Shown here piece by piece: positions 1-8,743 of a DNA stretch of 64,000 bases. Every line of letters begins with the position of its first letter. Position 1 is the first letter of the stretch. A model generated the notes under the pieces. That model saw only the letters and a program-made list of their open reading frames with translations, did no database searches and was not told where the DNA came from. The translations under genes and the position numbers were made by a program. The stretch comes from Candidatus Latescibacterota bacterium. GTDB taxonomy: Bacteria; Latescibacterota; UBA2968; UBA8231. The DNA is taken from contig OZ220090.1 of assembly GCA_964291625.2 (NCBI GenBank), positions 128,001-192,000 on the forward strand. The letters run 5' to 3'.

Positions 1-1341
1 CCGTTGCAGGAAGTCCGGGTCGCCCACCAGATCCTCACGGGAATACGTACCCTTGTACAAGGCTGGCGCGCCAGGGGTCCCGTCAAGCCAAAACCGGCAC
101 GCTCCGTTGTGGCTCCATTCAGCGATGGTAACTCCGGGCAGGCGCAGCAAGAGCACCGACTGATCGCCTTGGGCGCCGCGGAGGATGGAGGTCGCCTCGT
201 CTTCCTTCTCCCTCTCGTTCATCTTCTCCAGGAGCCTTTCCGCACGCGGACCCAGCACAAACCAGACATCTGGCTCCAGGGGAAGGAAAGCCCGCCAGAA
301 GGCTTCCCGGTAACGCCAGTGTCTGTCGAGCGCTGTATCCTTGACGAGCAGGAAGAACTGTTCGAGCGCGCGTTCGACAAGCCATCGGATCACGACGCGC
401 CGGACATCCTCCGGAATGCCAGACCACCTGTGTTTGCCGGACTGCAGGCGGGGGTCTCCGAAGTGATGGAGGAAGAACGGCTGCAGGAGTTTCTTCGTCG
501 CTGGCTCCGGGCCGCGGTCGGCACAGGGACGGAGCAGTGCGGCGGCGACTTCCGAGCGCATGGGCAAGTCGTCGAAACGTAGCCTGCCCTCGCACTCAAG
601 GAGCGCGAGCACTCGCACGAGTTGCGTGTCGTCGACGCTGTTTCGCGCCAACCGGGCGCTGAGCGATGGGAGGAACTTGCGGATGCCTGACTCCAGAAAA
701 CTGCACCGTGCGAGTCCGGCATCGAACCCTGCCTGGCCCAGAAAGTGATCAACTGGGTCAGTGGCCGAAGTCAACTTCTCTACGAACGACAGGTCCCCGT
801 CCTTTTCCAGAAGCCCGAACTCCGCACTACGTTGTGTCCATTTGTGCAAAGACGGAGGCGGCAAGGCAGTGCCATTCAGGGTCTTCTCCAGTACCCTCCG
901 CAGATCGTCAAACGTCTGCAGGCCGACGGGATAGACACGCAAGAACTCGAGAAGCAACGCCCGTACAGAGCTAGCCCGGTAACCGTCGGACAGCCATCGA
1001 TCGTACTCCCGCACAAAGCCGGGCTGGAGACCCAGCCAGCCGGTGGGACCCTGGCGCTTCATGTGATTGTCCTGCCCGGGGGGATAGAAGAGCACGAATG
1101 GAACCCTCCGCAGGTCGCGTGCAGAGATCCGTTCGAGGGAGTTCTCGCGCCCCCAGGACTCCCTGATCCGCTGATACAGCTCTTTCTGGTCGTAGGGTTC
1201 GGGCTCTGTCAGTTCCATACCACCGAGTTGCTCTTCCACTTTGCGGCCTGCAGCACGGATGTGCCGTGGCTCGAGCACGTCCGCGACCTTCGGTGGACCG
1301 GTCCAGCCCTTCAGCGAGTCCTTCAAGGAAGACATCTTCAT
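1..1341 (-). CDS. zorC: Zorya protein ZorC (EH-signature domain), 3' end beyond window
   Basis: Not in ORF track because there is no stop in the window. I translated both ends manually: ATG at 1341 overlaps the zorB stop (ATGA), giving MKMSSLKDSLKGWTGPP... The end reads QSVLLLRLPGVTIAEWSHNGACRFWLDG, the EH-signature motif. It follows zorAB. Confidence 0.85.
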   Translation of the reverse strand, partial: MKMSSLKDSLKGWTGPPKVADVLEPRHIRAAGRKVEEQLGGMELTEPEPYDQKELYQRIRESWGRENSLERISARDLRRVPFVLFYPPGQDNHMKRQGPTGWLGLQPGFVREYDRWLSDGYRASSVRALLLEFLRVYPVGLQTFDDLRRVLEKTLNGTALPPPSLHKWTQRSAEFGLLEKDGDLSFVEKLTSATDPVDHFLGQAGFDAGLARCSFLESGIRKFLPSLSARLARNSVDDTQLVRVLALLECEGRLRFDDLPMRSEVAAALLRPCADRGPEPATKKLLQPFFLHHFGDPRLQSGKHRWSGIPEDVRRVVIRWLVERALEQFFLLVKDTALDRHWRYREAFWRAFLPLEPDVWFVLGPRAERLLEKMNEREKEDEATSILRGAQGDQSVLLLRLPGVTIAEWSHNGACRFWLDGTPGAPALYKGTYSREDLVGDPDFLQR

Positions 1342-2192
1342 TGCGTCCCTTCTCCATACCGTTCTCGGACATCGGTCTGGACCTCCGGTTCGGCAGGCGC
1401 CAGCGCTCCCTCGGGAGGTTCGAGCAGGAACCGTAGGTCGATGCGGCGGTTCTCAGCGGTTCGCCCGGTATCACGAGTCGCGGGCCGGGTATATCCGTAT
1501 CCGCTAGTGCTCAGGATGGGGTAGTCGTCGGTGCTCAATAGGCGTTCCACGCCGGGCTCACAGGCGGCGATCATCCGGTGCACGGTCGCCGCCCGCATGG
1601 ACGACAACTCAAGGTTGTCCTGGAAGCGGTTGCCGGTTGCTACCGGCACGTTGTCGGTGTGCCCCTCGATCAGCAAGGTCTCGAGTAGCCAGGGAAACTC
1701 CTGCTTCCTGCAGTCGTACGTGGAGGGGTCTGCCGGGGGCTGACAGTAAGACAGCGCCCCCTCGCCAATCCGCAGCGCGGTTGTCGCCTGTCCAGGTGAG
1801 ACGTAGCATGGGACGACTTCGGCGATGGCCTGCGCAAGGCGGCCAACGTTGAGGTGATGCTCGGGAACCGGAGTCTCACGACCTGACGGAAAGTTGATGG
1901 CATTGTCCGACAGCCGCAGGACACCCTGGTCGGCCAGTACTTCGACTCGCATGCCGGCTTTCTCGAGTCGGCCCTTGATGTCCCGTAGCATTCGAGTGCG
2001 CGTCTTTTCTTCGGCTTCTAGATCTTCCACTCTATCTTCTTGTCTCTTGGTGACGTTAGCGAGCTGATACGCGAACACGGCCAACATGATGATGAAGATG
2101 AAGATGAGGGCCGACACAAGGTCGCTGACACTGGCAAGGTAGTTGTGCCCACCCTGCCCCTCGGCCGGGGACGGCCTCGATTCGCCGATCAT
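1338..2192 (-). CDS. zorB: Zorya protein ZorB (MotB/OmpA-like)
   Basis: N-terminal TM with conserved Asp (SVSDLVSALIFIFII). OmpA-like motifs IEGHTD, NLELSSMRA, ENRRIDLRF. Overlaps the zorA stop. Confidence 0.9.
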   Translation of the reverse strand: MIGESRPSPAEGQGGHNYLASVSDLVSALIFIFIIMLAVFAYQLANVTKRQEDRVEDLEAEEKTRTRMLRDIKGRLEKAGMRVEVLADQGVLRLSDNAINFPSGRETPVPEHHLNVGRLAQAIAEVVPCYVSPGQATTALRIGEGALSYCQPPADPSTYDCRKQEFPWLLETLLIEGHTDNVPVATGNRFQDNLELSSMRAATVHRMIAACEPGVERLLSTDDYPILSTSGYGYTRPATRDTGRTAENRRIDLRFLLEPPEGALAPAEPEVQTDVRERYGEGTQ

Positions 2193-3919
2193 CGCGGCGA
2201 TCCCGGAAGACGCGGAATGAGGTCCTCGATCGCCCCGCTTAGTTCGGCGGTTGCACTGGCAAGCTGTTGGACTGTATTGGAGGTTGTCTTGTCGAGTTCA
2301 ATGGCGAATTGTTGCACCTGAGCGCAATACCTCGACAACCCCTCGTCGAACTGCTGGAAAACATCGACGAGCGAGTTGTCGATTCCCTCGAAGCGGCTCT
2401 GGTATTCTGTCCAGGCAGTTGCGACCTGCTGCTGGTGTCCTTCCAGGGTGGTGATCGAGGCTTCCACACGGCCGACTAGGTCGCTCGTCTGCGTCAGGGT
2501 CCCCGCCGTGCGGTCAGCCGATTCCTGCATGTCACGTGCTGCCCGCTCCACCGGTTCAGCAACGCCAGCTATCTGTTCGTGCGTCGATTCAATGGTGCCG
2601 CGCAGAGCATTGAGCCTCTCGACGAATTGGTTCATTCCCGACAGCATCTTCTCGGTTTGCATCGAAGCGAGTTCGAGATTCTCGGCGGCCCTCTGCAGAC
2701 CGCCCAGCGACCCGGCGATCTGCGAGGCCGCACTGACCCCAGTCTCGGCCAGCTTCTGCGTCGCGGAATTCACCGTGCTTTCCAGTTCCGCCGCGGCTTC
2801 CTTGCCGGAGGCGGCAAGCTGATTCGCCAGTTGTTCAGACGCGTCGGCGAGAGCGCGGGTTACCTCGTCCAGCGACTGTTTCAGCGTCTCGGTCATTGCC
2901 GAGGCGCCTGAGTCCATCGCGGTCTGGACTGCCTGCTGTGTCTGCGCCAGGGCGCCGGCGGATTCCTTGAGCGTGCGGTTCAGGCCGTCGACGGTGGTCG
3001 CCATGTCTTCGAACTGCGAGCCGGTCCTTTCCTGTAGTGCATCGAGAAACCGGATAAGTGCCTGTTCGATCATCTGGCCGCTGTCAGTTGCCCTGTCCTC
3101 CCGCAGTCTTTCGACGGCCTGAAGAAGCTGTTCCAGTTGCGGGGACAGACGGCCCGCGATCTTCTCCTCGAGTGCCTGCTCGAGGGAGAAGATCAGATCG
3201 GTGTTGAATCGCTCGAGTTGCCTCGTTGTGCGCTTTGCCTGGTCGAGCTGCTCAAGAGCAACGCCCTCCGAAGTGACCCGCTCGACTCGTGACTCGATAC
3301 CTCCAACCCACTGGTCCAGTGCCTTGTGGAGCCCACGGGAGGCAAAGCGCTCGACCAATACGAATAGGATGGAGCAGCCAATGCCGACGATGGAAGTCCA
3401 GAAAGCCAGGGATGCCCCACCCAGAAGCTTCTGAAGAGCAGCCGTGATCTGGCGTGCATCTTCGGAAGACAATCCTGACTTCGCGGCGCCGACCCCGGCG
3501 GCCAGCCCTAGGAACGTGCCAAGAATGCCGACGCCGGTGAGAAGGTTGGGAACTGCCTGGAAGAAACCCGCAGACATCCGGGGAAAGACAATGGTGGCGT
3601 CGTTCAGGTACCGGGAGACCTCGCTTGTGTTACGGATCGGGTCTCCAGACTCAGGTTCGGGGAGAATCAGGGTCTCCACGAATTCGGTCCATGCCAAGCC
3701 GAAGGCCTCATTGACCCTGCGATCATAGCCTTCGAAGCCCCTGGCAAATCCTTCTTCACCATCCAGATTCTTCAGGTCTCCATGTGCTCGGCGCAGCTTG
3801 AGCCGCAAGGGGCCGAGTTGGCGGATCAGCAGCAGGACGGAAACAGCGAGGAATACGACAATGCCAATGCAGTAGTACGTGACGAAGGTAGACGAGAGGG
3901 CGAAGTCGAAGCTCAGCAC
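2189..3919 (-). CDS. zorA: Zorya protein ZorA (MotA-like with long helical tail)
   Basis: PNLLTGVGILGTFLGL and LGGASLAFWTSIVG MotA-like TMs, followed by a long Ala/Gln/Glu-rich helical tail. Likely GTG start at 3919 overlapping the Uma2 stop. Confidence 0.9.
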   Translation of the reverse strand: MLSFDFALSSTFVTYYCIGIVVFLAVSVLLLIRQLGPLRLKLRRAHGDLKNLDGEEGFARGFEGYDRRVNEAFGLAWTEFVETLILPEPESGDPIRNTSEVSRYLNDATIVFPRMSAGFFQAVPNLLTGVGILGTFLGLAAGVGAAKSGLSSEDARQITAALQKLLGGASLAFWTSIVGIGCSILFVLVERFASRGLHKALDQWVGGIESRVERVTSEGVALEQLDQAKRTTRQLERFNTDLIFSLEQALEEKIAGRLSPQLEQLLQAVERLREDRATDSGQMIEQALIRFLDALQERTGSQFEDMATTVDGLNRTLKESAGALAQTQQAVQTAMDSGASAMTETLKQSLDEVTRALADASEQLANQLAASGKEAAAELESTVNSATQKLAETGVSAASQIAGSLGGLQRAAENLELASMQTEKMLSGMNQFVERLNALRGTIESTHEQIAGVAEPVERAARDMQESADRTAGTLTQTSDLVGRVEASITTLEGHQQQVATAWTEYQSRFEGIDNSLVDVFQQFDEGLSRYCAQVQQFAIELDKTTSNTVQQLASATAELSGAIEDLIPRLPGSPR

Positions 3920-4488
3920 GATAGACGATCCGCAGGAAAGAGCCGCCGCACGTCGCACCGGAACCCCGGCAAAACGTCGCCGCCGTCGAGGTCCTGCTCC
4001 GTTCCCACCACCTCGACCTCCCGGGCCGACCCGTACAGGTGGACCATCCGGGTTTCCGGCTCCACGAGCCAGACCAGGCGAGTCCCGGCCGCGAAGTACT
4101 CGGCGATCTTGACGTGGACATCCGCGAGGCGGTCCGACGGAGAGACGACTTCGACGGCCAGGTCTGGAGCGAAGGGCCAGTAGCCCGCGGGGATGCCTGT
4201 CTCGGGAATGCGGGACTTCAGCACGACCGCAGCGTCCGGGGCGCGTACCGTATCGGGATCCCGCTGGAGAATGAACCCGGTCTCGGCGCCGCAGCAGACG
4301 CCGAGGTCATGCGCTTCGACATGCTCGTCCAGGAGACGCCCGATGCGTACCACCAGAGCGCCATGTTCGCCACCTGTCGGGGTCAGGTGGGCCAGCTCTC
4401 CCTGGACGAGCTCAACCCGACTGCCATCCTCCGGCAGGTCGAACAGCTCTTCTGCTGTGATGGGTGGGTGCGGGGCGGAGAGGGTCAT
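3913..4488 (-). CDS. Uma2 (DUF820) family PD-(D/E)XK endonuclease-like protein
   Basis: ITAEELFDLP..RVELVQGEL, VRAPDAAVV, APDLAVEVVSPSD, KIAEYFAAGTRLVWLVEP, DVLPGF. ATG at 4488. Confidence 0.9.
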   Translation of the reverse strand: MTLSAPHPPITAEELFDLPEDGSRVELVQGELAHLTPTGGEHGALVVRIGRLLDEHVEAHDLGVCCGAETGFILQRDPDTVRAPDAAVVLKSRIPETGIPAGYWPFAPDLAVEVVSPSDRLADVHVKIAEYFAAGTRLVWLVEPETRMVHLYGSAREVEVVGTEQDLDGGDVLPGFRCDVRRLFPADRLSC

Positions 4489-4539
4489 GGAGGATGGACC
4501 TCCTTGATCATGGCCGGTGCTTGTCTCGACCGAAAAGGC

Positions 4540-4575
4540 GACAGGCACTTGACCCGTTGTGGCCAAGTGCCTGTC
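4540..4575 (-). terminator. Probable intrinsic terminator after tRNA-Phe
   Basis: 12-bp inverted repeat gacaggcacttg/caagtgcctgtc, followed on the minus strand by GCCTTTT. Confidence 0.6.
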
Positions 4576-4593
4576 TTCCCGTTGGAACAGTAG

Positions 4594-4669
4594 TGGTGGC
4601 TCCTCGCGGAATCGAACCGCGGACACAGGGATTTTCAGTCCCCTGCTCTACCAACTGAGCTAAAGAGCC
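4594..4669 (-). tRNA. tRNA-Phe (GAA)
   Basis: Reverse complement GGCTCTTTAGCTCAGTTGGTAGAGCAGGGGACTGAAAATCCCTGTGTCCGCGGTTCGATTCCGCGAGGAGCCACCA: 76 nt, canonical D and T arms, GAA anticodon, encoded CCA. Confidence 0.97.
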
Positions 4670-4688
4670 AGTCTCGAACGAAGCGCCG

Positions 4689-4718
4689 AATATATCCGCC
4701 CCCCCGAAAGATTGTCAA
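4689..4718 (-). promoter_or_regulatory. sigma70-type promoter for tRNA-Phe
   Basis: Minus strand TTGACA-18 nt-TATATT, about 20 nt upstream of the tRNA. Confidence 0.65.
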
Positions 4719-4733
4719 GGAGAAGAGCCGAAG

Positions 4734-5300
4734 ATGGCGGTGACCGTGATCCCATTCCAGATGCCGGAGCCCGCGGCGATCCCGGAGCACATCACCGGGC
4801 ACCTGCGGCAGATGCCCGCCGACGCGGCGATGCGCCGCGGCATGGAGCTGCTCATGCAGATCGAGGTGGCCCACCTCATGCTCTGGGAGCGGGTCGACGG
4901 CGAGGGCCGGCTGCACCTGCAGGAGGTGCTGTCGAAGGAGGGCTCGCCGGAGCAGATCCGGGAGAGGCTGTCGGCCGAGCCGTTCTACGGACAGCCCGTG
5001 AATGAGGCCTCCTCGGGGCTGGCGGGGCGCGCCTTCGAGGCCGGCCAGTCGCTGCTGGTCATGGGCCAGCAGTCCGCCGGGGAGGAATCAGGCCTGCCTC
5101 CCGCCCTGGCCGCCCACCTGCTGCCGGACGGCGCCGGCAACGTGGGCTTCCTCTACGTGCTGACCCTGGCCGACGGGGACGGCCCGCCCCTTGGCGCCCT
5201 GACCTTGGTGAGGCCCGCCTCCGAGGGGCCCCTCAACCACGAGCAGCCCAACATCACCGAAGCGATGCGCCGCCTCCTGTCGCAGATCCTGGCCGCCTGA
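4734..5300 (+). CDS. Hypothetical protein, GAF-like fold possible
   Basis: Host-like codon usage. GLAGRAFEAGQSLLV and LGALTLVR resemble GAF elements. Confidence 0.6.
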   Translation: MAVTVIPFQMPEPAAIPEHITGHLRQMPADAAMRRGMELLMQIEVAHLMLWERVDGEGRLHLQEVLSKEGSPEQIRERLSAEPFYGQPVNEASSGLAGRAFEAGQSLLVMGQQSAGEESGLPPALAAHLLPDGAGNVGFLYVLTLADGDGPPLGALTLVRPASEGPLNHEQPNITEAMRRLLSQILAA

Positions 5301-5312
5301 CGGGCCGTACAC

Positions 5313-5351
5313 ACGAACGCCCGCCAGCCCCTGGGGGCTGCGGGCGTTCGT
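5313..5351. terminator. Long hairpin between convergent genes (bidirectional terminator candidate)
   Basis: acgaacgcccgc-cagcccc...ggggctg-cgggcgttcgt inverted repeat. Confidence 0.55.
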
Positions 5352-5373
5352 CGCTTCTGGAGGTCTGGGCGGT

Positions 5374-5643
5374 CTACCGGGCCAGGGCCCCGACGACCTG
5401 GTTCTTCACCATCCACGCCTCCACTTCCTCGCCGCTCACGTCGGCCAGCACCTGGCCGTTGATCTCGACGCACGGAGAGAGGGGCTGGCCGGTCTTCTGG
5501 ACCATCTCGGCGTAGTGGTCCGGGTTGCCGATGATGTCCCGGTCTTCGTACTCCAGCCCATGCCGGTCGAAGACCTCGCGAACCCCCGCGCTCCAGCCGC
5601 AGACGGGCTTGAGCCAGGCGGTGATCTTGGGTGCGTCGGCCAT
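5374..5643 (-). CDS. Glutaredoxin-like protein (monothiol CGWS)
   Basis: KPVCGWS, YEDRDII, KTGQPLSPCVEING. Confidence 0.85.
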   Translation of the reverse strand: MADAPKITAWLKPVCGWSAGVREVFDRHGLEYEDRDIIGNPDHYAEMVQKTGQPLSPCVEINGQVLADVSGEEVEAWMVKNQVVGALAR

Positions 5644-5712
5644 TTGGTGAACTCCTGATAAAGGGGGAAAGAAAGGTGTTTCGAGTGGGGTAGAGCAGCC
5701 TGTTGGGGGGCG

Positions 5713-5740
5713 AATATACGCAGGCCTATCTATCTGTCAA
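5713..5740 (-). promoter_or_regulatory. sigma70-type promoter for glutaredoxin
   Basis: Minus strand TTGACA-16 nt-TATATT. Confidence 0.55.
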
Positions 5741-5767
5741 GCCAATGTGTTAGGTGTGATTTCCCGG

Positions 5768-5797
5768 TTGACGGATCGGGCCGGGCCCGGTTACATT
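5768..5797 (+). promoter_or_regulatory. sigma70-type promoter for murA operon
   Basis: TTGACG-18 nt-TACATT, divergent from the glutaredoxin promoter. Confidence 0.5.
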
Positions 5798-5868
5798 TGC
5801 CCACTCCCTGACAGCCCTTCCCGCCCCCCTCCGCCCTCTCCTCGCGGAAAAAGAAAAGAACTCAAGAG

Positions 5869-7140
5869 ATGGCTGAAGAAGCACTCTGCATCGAGGGCGC
5901 CCGGCCCCTGCGGGGAGAGACCGAGGTCCAGGGCTCCAAGAACGCGGCCCTGCCCATGATCGCCGCCTCCCTGCTGGCCTCCGAGGGCCAGACCGTCCTG
6001 CATCGGGTGCCGCCGGTCAAGGACGTGCTGGTGGCCCTCGAGATCCTGCGCCGCCTCGGGGCCCGCGTCGACTTCGATCCGGCTGTCGGCACCGCCGTCA
6101 TCGACACGACCACCGTCAACTCCACCGAGCTGCCCCCGGAGATGGGCGCGCGCATGCGCGCCTCGCTGCTCTTCGTGGGGCCCCTGATCAGCCGTTTCCG
6201 CACGGCCACGATCGACGAGGTGGGGGGCTGCACCATCGGCGAGCGCGGCACCGACTACCACTACCGCGGCTTCGCGCGCATGGGGGCGATCGTCGAGGGC
6301 ACCCCCTCGGGGGGCTACGTGGTGCGCGCCGAGGGCATGCGCGGAGCCGATATGTACTGCGACGTGCCGAGCCACACCGGCACCGAGAACCTGGTCATGG
6401 CCGCCAGCTTGGTCGCGGGCGAGTCGGTCATCGTCAACGCCGCCTCCGATCCCGAGATCGTCGACTTCGGCGAGTTGCTGGCCAAGATGGGGGCCCGCGT
6501 CGAGGGCCTGGGCACGCGCCGGGTGCGCATCACCGGCGTCGACCGCCTGCGCGGCGCCGAGCACACGGTCATGCACGACCGCCTCGACGCCGGCCTGATG
6601 CTCATGGCGGCGGCGATCACCCGCGGCGAGGCCACCATCACGGGGGTGCGTCTCGACCACCTGGAGATCTTCGAGGCCAAGCTGCGGCAGATGGGCGTGG
6701 AGCTCGAGGTCCGGGACGGGGCGCGGGTCACCGTGAACGGCCCCGGGCAGCTGTCGCCGATCAACGTCGTGGCCACCTTCTACCCGGGGATGCCCACCGA
6801 CCTGCAGCCCGGCCTCACCGCCCTGGCCTGCACCGCCCGGGGCGACAGCTTCATCCGCGAGACCGTCTTCGAGAACCGCATGGGCCACGTGAAGAGCCTG
6901 CGCCAGTTCGGGGCCCGGATCTCTCCGGAGAAGGACCAGCTGGTGATCGTCCACGGGCCCTCCCGCCTCAAGGGGACCCGGGTGCGGGCCAGCGACATCC
7001 GCGCCGGCGCCGCCTGCGTCCTCGCCGGCCTGGCCGCCGAGGGCCGCACCGAGATCACCAATCTCTACCAGCTCGACCGCGGCCACACCCGCCTGGAGGA
7101 GCGCCTGACGCTGCTTGGCGCCCGTATCGAACGCCTGTAA
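5869..7140 (+). CDS. murA: UDP-N-acetylglucosamine 1-carboxyvinyltransferase
   Basis: [20 protein letters not shown] (catalytic Cys), [26 protein letters not shown]. Confidence 0.95.
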   Translation: MAEEALCIEGARPLRGETEVQGSKNAALPMIAASLLASEGQTVLHRVPPVKDVLVALEILRRLGARVDFDPAVGTAVIDTTTVNSTELPPEMGARMRASLLFVGPLISRFRTATIDEVGGCTIGERGTDYHYRGFARMGAIVEGTPSGGYVVRAEGMRGADMYCDVPSHTGTENLVMAASLVAGESVIVNAASDPEIVDFGELLAKMGARVEGLGTRRVRITGVDRLRGAEHTVMHDRLDAGLMLMAAAITRGEATITGVRLDHLEIFEAKLRQMGVELEVRDGARVTVNGPGQLSPINVVATFYPGMPTDLQPGLTALACTARGDSFIRETVFENRMGHVKSLRQFGARISPEKDQLVIVHGPSRLKGTRVRASDIRAGAACVLAGLAAEGRTEITNLYQLDRGHTRLEERLTLLGARIERL

Positions 7141-7151
7141 GGGGGGATCGG

Positions 7152-8294
7152 ATGGGAGTGGAGCTGAAGCCCGACGCGGTGTACCTGGCGCGAGCCCCCG
7201 TGCAGGGGAACACGGCGCCCTGGGAGAGCTACCGCGAGCTGGCCAGGGCCGCCGTGGACGGCCTCGATCTCGAGCTGCCGGCGGGCGGCACGATCTGCAT
7301 CAAGCCCAATGCCACGGTCCTCTATCCCGCCGACAAGCGCATCATCACCCATCCCGGGTTCCTGGCCGGCCTCGCCGAGTCCTTCGCCGCCCGCGGCGTC
7401 GAGCCGTCGCGCATCGAGGTCGGCGACGGCCAGTCGGGGGAGAACCCCGGCGGGGGCCACACCTGGAAGCTCACCGGGTACGAAGACTCCATCGCCGGCG
7501 CCGGGGCGCGGCTGGTGCCCTTCAACGACACACCGACGCGGGAGGTCGAGGTCCCGGGCGGCGTCGTCTTCCAGCGTTACCCGGTCTACACGGCGGTCAC
7601 CGACTGCGCCTTCCTGGTCAACGCGCCCCTGGCCAAGTGCCACAACCTCGGCTGCACCACCCTCGCCATAAAGAACCTCATGGGCGTCCTCGGCCGCCCC
7701 GAGAGGCACCTGTGCACGGTGCAGCCCTGCGACGAGCCCCTCGGCGAGGAGGCCCTCTACCGCCTCGGCGACTCCGGGCTCAGCGTCTTCGAGGAGCGCT
7801 TCTACCACAAGCTGTGCGACATCGTGGCGGCCGTCCGCGCCCTCGGCATGCCGCGTCTGTGCGTGGTGGACGGGCTCATCGGACGCGACGGCACCGCCTT
7901 CAACGAGGGCGAGAACTACCCCCTCGGATGGTCCGTGGCCGGCGTCAACGAGGTCCACGTCGACGCCGTGGCCACCTGGCTCATGGGGCTGGATCCCGTG
8001 CAGACACCCTACCTGCAGTTCGCCGAGGCCCGCGGCCAGGGCCGCATCCGCCCCGAGCAGATCGACGTCGTCGACCTGTCCACGGGGGACCGCATGTCCG
8101 CCGCTCAGCTGGCGGCGGTGCGCCGGCCCGAGCCGCTGATGCCGGTCAGCCGCTGCCAGGGCGGCTACTACGCCCGCTTCCGCGACGACGGCTCGGCCGT
8201 GCCCTGGCGCATCGACGACGTCAACCAGCAGCGCCGGCGCGACGGCCTCGAGCCGGTCCCCGTCCACGTCCTCGAGAGCCTGGCCGCCGGCTAG
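7152..8294 (+). CDS. DUF362 domain-containing protein
   Basis: IKPNAT, ITHPGF, PLAKCH..TTLAIKNLMG, VVDGL. Confidence 0.85.
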   Translation: MGVELKPDAVYLARAPVQGNTAPWESYRELARAAVDGLDLELPAGGTICIKPNATVLYPADKRIITHPGFLAGLAESFAARGVEPSRIEVGDGQSGENPGGGHTWKLTGYEDSIAGAGARLVPFNDTPTREVEVPGGVVFQRYPVYTAVTDCAFLVNAPLAKCHNLGCTTLAIKNLMGVLGRPERHLCTVQPCDEPLGEEALYRLGDSGLSVFEERFYHKLCDIVAAVRALGMPRLCVVDGLIGRDGTAFNEGENYPLGWSVAGVNEVHVDAVATWLMGLDPVQTPYLQFAEARGQGRIRPEQIDVVDLSTGDRMSAAQLAAVRRPEPLMPVSRCQGGYYARFRDDGSAVPWRIDDVNQQRRRDGLEPVPVHVLESLAAG

Positions 8295-8306
8295 CCCGGA
8301 GCCCCC

Positions 8307-8648
8307 GTGTCCGACGCCACCCTCGCCGATCTCCAGCGGCAGGTGGACGAGTGGATCCGCACCGTCGGGGTCCGCTACTACGGCGAGCTGACGAACACCG
8401 CCATCCTCGCCGAGGAGGTGGGCGAGGTGGCCCGCCTCATGGCCCGCCTCTACGGCGAGCAGAGCTTCAAGCCGGGCGAGGAGCAGGGCCGCCAGGCCCT
8501 GGCCGGCGAGATGGCCGATGTCCTCTTCGTGCTCATCTGCCTGGCCAACCAGACCGGCGTCGACCTGGAGGAGGCCTTCGCCCGCAGGCTGGAGGCCCGG
8601 ACGAGCCGCGACCGCGAGCGCCACGCCGCCAACCCCAAGTTGCGCTGA
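8307..8648 (+). CDS. MazG-like nucleotide pyrophosphohydrolase
   Basis: LAEEVGEVAR, EMADVLFVLICLANQTGVDL. Confidence 0.9.
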   Translation: MSDATLADLQRQVDEWIRTVGVRYYGELTNTAILAEEVGEVARLMARLYGEQSFKPGEEQGRQALAGEMADVLFVLICLANQTGVDLEEAFARRLEARTSRDRERHAANPKLR

Positions 8649-8743
8649 GTCCCACGCGCAGGCGCTTCTGCCTGCGCACCCGCTTCCACAACAGCATCCC
8701 CAGCCAGCGGCTGAGTCCGGCGGCTGGTGCCGATCCGGCGGGG

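Noticed and set aside
5869-7140. Fosfomycin-resistant MurA variant
   Set aside because: The active-site Cys is retained (GGCTIGER); there is no Cys-to-Asp change.
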